The notes under the pieces were generated by a model, which had not been told where the DNA came from, searched no databases, and saw nothing but the letters and a program-made list of their open reading frames with translations. A program made the translations under genes and the position numbers. Below, piece after piece: positions 58,329 through 64,000 of a DNA stretch of 64,000 nt. Numbering within the stretch: position 1 is the stretch's first letter; each line of letters opens with the position of its first letter. The DNA lies in contig OZ241326.1 in NCBI GenBank assembly GCA_965199855.1, positions 256,001-320,000 of the forward strand, written 5' to 3'. The stretch comes from a bacterium (GTDB lineage Bacteria > UBA8248).

Positions 58329-60023
58329 GTGAAAACCGCATGGACGCTCATCGCCGCCCTTCTCCTCGCGCCCGCGCAGGCGGCGGAGGCGGGGCGGGGG
58401 ACGGACGGACGCCTCCGCATCATCTACTGGCAGGCGCCCTCCACCATGAATCCGTATCTGTCGGGCGGCACGAAGGAGACCGAGGCCGCCTCGCTCGTGC
58501 TGGAGCCCCTCGCGCGCTACGACCAGAACGGCGACATGCGCCCCTGGCTCGCCGAGCGCGTCCCCACGCTCGGGAACGGCGGCGTCTCGGCGGACCTGCG
58601 GAGCGTCACCTGGAAGCTCAGGCGCGGCCTCGAATGGAGCGACGGGACGCCCGTCACCGCGCGCGACGCCGCCTTCACCTGGCGATACTGCACCCACCCC
58701 GAGGGCGGCTGCGCCCAGCGCGAGAAATACAACGACGTGAAAAGCGTGGAGGCGCTCGACGCGCGGACGATCCGCGTCACCTTCGCGGCGCCCAAGCCCT
58801 TCCCCTACGGGCCGTTCGTGGGCGCGCAGGCGCCCATCCTCCAGGCGGCGCAGTTCGCCGGCTGCCTCGGGGCGAAGGCGCCCGGCTGCACCGAGGCGAA
58901 TTTCCGGCCGGTGGGCACGGGGCCGTTCAAGGTCTCCGAATTCCGCCCGAACGACGCCGTCTCCCTCGTCGCCAACCCCCGCTACCGCGACCCGGAGAAG
59001 CCCGCCTTCGCCTCGATAGCCTTCAAGGGCGGGGGCGACGCGGCCGCCGCCGCGCGCGCGGTGCTCGAAACCGGCGAGTTCGACTACGCCTGGAACCTCC
59101 AGCTCGCCCCGGAAGTGCTGGCGAGCATGGCGAAGGCGGGGAAGGGGCGGGTGGTCTCCGCGTTCGGCACGCTGGTCGAGCGCATCGTCCTGAACCTCAC
59201 GAACCCCGACCCGGCGCTCGGCGCGGAGCGCTCGACGGCGAAGCGCCCGCACCCCGCGCTCTCGGACGCGCGCGTCCGCAAGGCGCTCTCCATGGCGATC
59301 GACCGCAGGCTGCTCGTCCGGATCGGCTACGGCGCCGCCGGGCGGCCCGCGTGCAACGTGCTCCCCGCGCCGGCGATCTACCGCTCCGCCGCCAACGACG
59401 CCTGCCTCGAGCAGGACGTTCCCGGGGCGAACCGGCTGCTGGAGGAGGCGGGCTGGCGGCGCGGCGCGGACGGGGTGCGCGCGAAGGACGGCGCGCGGCT
59501 CTCGCTTCTGTTCCAGACCTCCACGAACGCCGTGCGCCAGGACTTCCAGGCGCTCATCAAGCAGTGGTGGGCGAAGATCGGGGTGGAGACGGAGCTGCGC
59601 AACGTCAGCGCCTCGGTCTTCTTCGGCGGCGACCCGGCGAGCGGAGACACCTACCAGAAATTCCACGCCGACGCGCAGATGTACGCCAACAACTTCGACG
59701 GAACCGACCCGGAGGCCTACATGGCGAACTGGGCGTGCCGGGAGGCGCCGCGCCCCGCCACCCAGTGGCAGGGCAACAACGTGCCTCGCTACTGCGACCC
59801 CGCCTACGACGCGCTCATCGCCAGGATGGCGAAGGCGGGGGCGCTCGCCGAGCGGGCGCGCCTCGCCAGGGCCATGAACGACATGCTCATGCGCTCCTAC
59901 GCCGTCATCCCGCTCGTTCACCGGGGCCAGGTCTCGGCGCACTCCAAAACCCTCGCCGGCGTGATTCTCAACGCCTGGGATTCGCAGCTTTGGAACGCCG
60001 CCGACTGGCGCCGCGCGAAATAG
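58329..60023 (+). CDS. Peptide ABC transporter substrate-binding protein
   Basis: WQAP...NPYL, WSDG.P.TA.D and PVGTGPF motifs. Confidence 0.92.
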   Translation: MKTAWTLIAALLLAPAQAAEAGRGTDGRLRIIYWQAPSTMNPYLSGGTKETEAASLVLEPLARYDQNGDMRPWLAERVPTLGNGGVSADLRSVTWKLRRGLEWSDGTPVTARDAAFTWRYCTHPEGGCAQREKYNDVKSVEALDARTIRVTFAAPKPFPYGPFVGAQAPILQAAQFAGCLGAKAPGCTEANFRPVGTGPFKVSEFRPNDAVSLVANPRYRDPEKPAFASIAFKGGGDAAAAARAVLETGEFDYAWNLQLAPEVLASMAKAGKGRVVSAFGTLVERIVLNLTNPDPALGAERSTAKRPHPALSDARVRKALSMAIDRRLLVRIGYGAAGRPACNVLPAPAIYRSAANDACLEQDVPGANRLLEEAGWRRGADGVRAKDGARLSLLFQTSTNAVRQDFQALIKQWWAKIGVETELRNVSASVFFGGDPASGDTYQKFHADAQMYANNFDGTDPEAYMANWACREAPRPATQWQGNNVPRYCDPAYDALIARMAKAGALAERARLARAMNDMLMRSYAVIPLVHRGQVSAHSKTLAGVILNAWDSQLWNAADWRRAK

Positions 60024-60067
60024 CCGCGCCCGCCGCCTGAGGCCCGCGGGCGAGGGGGTCCGGCGGC

Positions 60068-61075
60068 ATGACGACCTACGCGCTCAGGCGGCTGCTCCTC
60101 GCCGTCCCCACCCTGCTCTTCATCAGCCTGGTCGTCTTCCTCCTGCTCGACCTCGCCCCGAGCGACCCGACGGCGAGCCTCCCGCTCACCATTCCGCCCG
60201 AAGTCCGCGAGAGAATCCGCGAGTCGCTGGGGCTGGGCGAGCCCTTCCACGTCCGCTATCTCCTGTGGTGCAAGCAGTTTCTCGTCAACGAGCCGCTCAA
60301 CCTGATCGACGCCCTCCTGGGCCGCGCGGACGGAGCGGAGCGGCTGCGCGTCCTGAGCTGGCAGACGCGCTCGCCGGTGGCGGACCTCATCGTCGAGCGC
60401 CTCCCGCAGACCTTGTGGGTGGTGGGCCTCTCCTACCTCATCGGCGCGCTCATCGCCCTGCCCGTCGGCGTCTTCTCCGCCTACCGGCAATACGGCTGGT
60501 TCGACCTGGCGGGAACCTTCGTCTCCACCGTGGGGTTCTCGGTTCCCACCTTCTTCACCGGCGTGGCGATGATCGTGGTCTTCTCCTCCTGGCTCGGCTG
60601 GCTGCCCTCCATCTACGACACCACCCACCGGGTGACGGACTGGGCGAGCCTCCTCCGGCAGGCGCGGCAGATGGCGATGCCCGTCTTCGTGCTCGCCCTC
60701 TACAACGCCGCGCAAATCAGCCGCTTCACGCGCGCCTCGACGCTCGAGAACCTGGGGCGCGACTACGCGCGCGCCGCCCGCGGCAAGGGTCTGCGCGAGC
60801 GGCGGATACTCTTCGTCCACGTTCTGCGCAACGCGATGATTCCGGTCGTCACCGTCATCGCCCTGGGCGCGCCCCAGGTGTTCGGCGGGGCGATCATCAC
60901 CGAGCAGATCTTCAAGGTGAACGGACTGGGGCAGCTTCTCATCGTCGCGATTCAGGGGGGAGACCTGCCGACCGCGCAGACGCTGGTGTTCCTCTTCGCC
61001 GTCCTCATCGTGGCGTTCAACCTGGCGGCCGACCTCCTCTACGGGGCGCTCGACCCCTCCATCCGCCATGACTAG
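60068..61075 (+). CDS. Peptide ABC transporter permease
   Basis: PTFF.G, DY.R.AR.KGL and LDP.IR motifs. Confidence 0.92.
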   Translation: MTTYALRRLLLAVPTLLFISLVVFLLLDLAPSDPTASLPLTIPPEVRERIRESLGLGEPFHVRYLLWCKQFLVNEPLNLIDALLGRADGAERLRVLSWQTRSPVADLIVERLPQTLWVVGLSYLIGALIALPVGVFSAYRQYGWFDLAGTFVSTVGFSVPTFFTGVAMIVVFSSWLGWLPSIYDTTHRVTDWASLLRQARQMAMPVFVLALYNAAQISRFTRASTLENLGRDYARAARGKGLRERRILFVHVLRNAMIPVVTVIALGAPQVFGGAIITEQIFKVNGLGQLLIVAIQGGDLPTAQTLVFLFAVLIVAFNLAADLLYGALDPSIRHD

Positions 61076-61943
61076 GGCGCGGCGCGGGACGTGGGCGCGC
61101 TTCCGCGCCCATCGGGGGGCGATGGCGGGAGCGGGCTTCCTGCTCTTCGCCGCCCTCGCCGCCGCGCTGGGGCCCTGGGTCTGGCCCGCGGACCCGCAGC
61201 TCATCGACATCGCCGCGAGAAACCAGGGGCCGAGCCTCGCCCATCCGCTCGGCGCCGACCGCCTGGGGCGCGACACCCTCGCGCGGATGCTCGCGGGCGG
61301 GCGGGTGTCGCTGGCGGTGGCGGCCGCCGCCATGGCCCTCTCCCTCACGGTGGGGACGGCGGTCGGCCTGGCGGCCGGCTGCTTCAGGCGGCTGGACGGG
61401 CCGCTCATGCGGCTGACCGACCTCTTTCTCGCCCTGCCGCTGCTGCCCCTCCTGCTCGTGACCATCGCGCTGTTCCGGGACGCGCTGCGCGCCGCCTTCG
61501 GGCCGGAGGCGGGCGTCTTCATCCTCATCGCCTCCGTCATCGGCCTCACCTCCTGGATGCAGCCCGCCCGCGTCGTGCGCGGCGACGCGCTGGCGCTCAG
61601 AGGGCGCGAGTTCGTGGTCGCCGCGGGCGCGCTCGGCGCCTCCCCGCGCCGCCTCGTCCTGCGGCACATCCTGCCGGGCGTCCTCTCCTCCGTCATGATC
61701 TCGGCGGCGCTGGGCGTCGCCAACGCCATCCTCACGGAATCCGCCCTCTCCTTCCTGGGTCTCGGCTTTCCGCCGGACTTCCCGACCTGGGGAAGGCTGC
61801 TCTTCGACTCCATCGACTACCTGCGCCAATACCCCGGGCGCGTCCTGTGGCCCGGCCTGGCGATTTCGCTCACCGTCCTGAGCGTCAACTACGTGGGCGA
61901 CGGCCTGCGAGACGCCCTCGACCCGCGCTCGACGAAGGGCTGA
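61068..61943 (+). CDS. Peptide ABC transporter permease
   Basis: HPLG.D.LGRD, ESALSFLGLG and GDGLRDALDPR motifs. Confidence 0.92.
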   Translation: MTRARRGTWARFRAHRGAMAGAGFLLFAALAAALGPWVWPADPQLIDIAARNQGPSLAHPLGADRLGRDTLARMLAGGRVSLAVAAAAMALSLTVGTAVGLAAGCFRRLDGPLMRLTDLFLALPLLPLLLVTIALFRDALRAAFGPEAGVFILIASVIGLTSWMQPARVVRGDALALRGREFVVAAGALGASPRRLVLRHILPGVLSSVMISAALGVANAILTESALSFLGLGFPPDFPTWGRLLFDSIDYLRQYPGRVLWPGLAISLTVLSVNYVGDGLRDALDPRSTKG

Positions 61944-62072
61944 GCCTCCGCGCCCGAGGCGCTCCCCGGATCGCGCGCCTTCTTGCGTCGGGGGGCGGCC
62001 TCTGGCAGGATGGTCGTCAAGCGAGGCGGACGGCGGGGGCTCTCCCCGGCGCCCCGCGCGAGGAGCGGCGGC

Positions 62073-62531
62073 ATGGCCGAAAGCGAAAGACCGGGGGCGA
62101 CCTTCATCTGCCCCGCGTGCGGGAAGAACGAACTTCCCCTCGACGGCTCCCTGGAGCCGAACGAGGCGCTCTACGTACAGCTGGCGGAGCTGGACGCCTG
62201 CGAGGAGGGGAAAACGGCGCGCTTCGTGTTCGGCGACGGGTTCACGGCGGGCTTCGGCGGCGTGGTGCGCGACCTCGACGAGGAGGGGAACGAGCGGGAG
62301 CGGTGGATTCCGCCGAGGGCGGTGGTGGCGTATCACTTCGCGCGAAACGACGCGCGCGTCGGCCGCGCGGAGCCGATGAGCGGCTTCTACCCCCAGCCGC
62401 TCTACCGCAACCTCTCGAAGGGCGGCGGGACGGAGGACGTCTACGTCGCCATGGCGTTTCTGCCCCACAACGAGGCGATGACCCCCGGGATGCGGAGCCG
62501 GGGGGAGGCGCTCGCCAAGTCCCTGGGCTAG
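62073..62531 (+). CDS. Hypothetical protein with N-terminal CxxC
   Basis: AGGAG SD, GC3-rich codons, FICPACGK. Confidence 0.6.
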   Translation: MAESERPGATFICPACGKNELPLDGSLEPNEALYVQLAELDACEEGKTARFVFGDGFTAGFGGVVRDLDEEGNERERWIPPRAVVAYHFARNDARVGRAEPMSGFYPQPLYRNLSKGGGTEDVYVAMAFLPHNEAMTPGMRSRGEALAKSLG

Positions 62532-62550
62532 CCAGGGCGGCTCCCCGGCG

Positions 62551-62802
62551 CTACCCCGCGCGAAGAAGGCGGTTGTATATCCACCCCAGAAGCGCGAAGA
62601 AGCAGAAGCCTACGGCGAACCCCCAGAGGGCGCCGATGACCGCCCCCGGCAGGGTGGGGCCTATGCCCGGGTAGAAGCCGCCGATCATCCGCAGCGTCTC
62701 CCCGCCCACGCCGAAGAGCGCGCCCGCGAGGGCGTAGAGGAAAAACATGACGCCGTAGATGATCCCGGCGGCCAGCCCGAACTTCACGGCGTCGAGCCTC
62801 AA
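62551..62802 (-). CDS. Small membrane protein (holin-like family)
   Basis: TTG start with GGAGG SD; FGLA.GII.G...FYPG..PT..G..IG..WGF..G....WIYN pattern. Confidence 0.6.
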   Translation of the reverse strand: MRLDAVKFGLAAGIIYGVMFFLYALAGALFGVGGETLRMIGGFYPGIGPTLPGAVIGALWGFAVGFCFFALLGWIYNRLLRAG

Positions 62803-62948
62803 GGCGAAACCTCCCCGGCGGCGTGGAGAACCATCCTGACGCGCGCCGCCCAGTATAGGCCCGCGGGCGCGCTTCGGCAAGACGGGCCGCCGGCGGACTT
62901 CGCGACGGACGGGCGCCTTCGCCCGTCCCCACAGGGGAGACGAACCCG

Positions 62949-63326
62949 ATGACCGAAGAATCACGCTACGAGAAGGGGCTGAAGAACCGCGCCAAGGTGT
63001 TCGGCGCGGAAGGCGAGGAGAGGCGCCGCGCCTTCGAGGCCGCCAGCCCCGCCTTCGCCCGCTTCGTCACGGAAAGCGTCTATGGCGAGCTCTACGAGCG
63101 CGGGGGCATGGACGACAGGACGCGGGAGACCGTCATCCTCTCCGTCCTGTGCGCCCTGGGGCGGGACAGGGAGTTCGAGCACCACGCCAAGGCGGCGCTG
63201 AACGTGGGCATGAGCAAGGAGGACATTCAGGAGATCATCATGGTGTGCGCCCTCTACGCGGGCGCGCCCAACGCCGTGGGCGCGACGGAGGCGTCGCTCC
63301 GCGTGTTCCGGGAGCTGGGCGTCTAG
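62949..63326 (+). CDS. Carboxymuconolactone decarboxylase family protein
   Basis: YG..Y.R, D.RTRE, H...ALN.G and YAG.P motifs. Confidence 0.88.
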   Translation: MTEESRYEKGLKNRAKVFGAEGEERRRAFEAASPAFARFVTESVYGELYERGGMDDRTRETVILSVLCALGRDREFEHHAKAALNVGMSKEDIQEIIMVCALYAGAPNAVGATEASLRVFRELGV

Positions 63327-63330
63327 GCCG

Positions 63331-64000
63331 TCATTCGTCGGGGCCCAGCGCGGCGCGGATTTCCGCGGCCAGGGCGTCGGCGATGCGCCGCGCCGCCTCC
63401 TTGAGCGGCGCCCGCACCCGCGCGCCGGCGGCGAAGGCGTGGCCGCCGCCGCCGAAGGCGCGCGCCACGCCGTGAACCTCCACGCGGCCCTTCGAGCGAA
63501 GGCTCGCGCGGATTCGCCCGCTCTCGAGCTCCGAGAAGAAGGCGACGACCTCGACGGAGGCGATCGAGCGGGGAACCGAGATGTATTCCTCCGTCTCGCC
63601 GCGCGAGACTCCGTAGCGCTCCATCTCCTTCGCCGAGAGGGCGAACCAGGCGAGGCGCCCCCCGCAGTCGAGCGTCATCCGGCTCATCAGCGCGCCCAGC
63701 AGCCTGACCGATCCCGCCCCGTTCGACTCCCAGAAGATCGAGTAGGCCTCCCCCGGGCGCGCGCCGAGCTCCACGAAGCGCGCCGCCCAGCCGAGGGTGC
63801 GCTTCGTGGTGTTCGTGAAGCGGAACTGGCCCGTGTCATAGACGATGGCCGCCATCAGCGCGCGGGTGATGAGCGGGTCGTCGAAGGCGAAGCCCTCCTC
63901 GTCGAGATAGTCGGCGATCATCTCCCCGACCGCGGCGGCGCCGGGGTCGATGACGGAGGGGCAGTCGAGGTTGTCCTCCTCCTCGATGTGGTGATCGAGG
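63331..64000 (-). CDS. nrnA: DHH/DHHA1 phosphoesterase (NrnA-like), 5' part outside the window
   Basis: LDHH at the window edge, DTG.F, SLRS and GGGH..AAG motifs. Confidence 0.85.
   Translation of the reverse strand, partial: LDHHIEEEDNLDCPSVIDPGAAAVGEMIADYLDEEGFAFDDPLITRALMAAIVYDTGQFRFTNTTKRTLGWAARFVELGARPGEAYSIFWESNGAGSVRLLGALMSRMTLDCGGRLAWFALSAKEMERYGVSRGETEEYISVPRSIASVEVVAFFSELESGRIRASLRSKGRVEVHGVARAFGGGGHAFAAGARVRAPLKEAARRIADALAAEIRAALGPDE

Noticed and set aside
62551-62802. Prophage inferred from the holin-like ORF
   Set aside because: No endolysin, structural or integrase genes nearby; neighbours are housekeeping genes

Overview
High-GC (about 70% by eye) bacterial chromosome segment. 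The backbone carries a split F-type ATP synthase operon (b', b, delta, alpha, gamma, beta, epsilon; no a or c subunit), queG, a partial DHH phosphoesterase, two peptide-type ABC transporter sets and many catabolic genes. Several lower-GC accessory inserts interrupt it: an N4C-type MTase + MvaI/BcnI-like REase pair, a nurA-herA pair next to a truncated amidohydrolase, and a hicAB + Dam-family RM cassette with a frameshifted nuclease lying between two paralogous hydrolases. A complete IS1595-family element (22-bp TIRs, 8-bp TSD) carries an MTase-endonuclease fusion as cargo. A 1379-aa autotransporter has about 27.6 copies of an 8-bp repeat in a translatable leader, which could act as a three-state frame switch. 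Large intergenic mosaics of GTAG- and CGTC-type REP palindromes occur, and two of them enclose an unexplained 390-470 bp element (inverted, about 39 kb apart) with 21-bp-phased repeats and an IHF consensus site. No rRNA, tRNA or CRISPR array was seen. All family calls come from motif recognition by eye, not from database searches.
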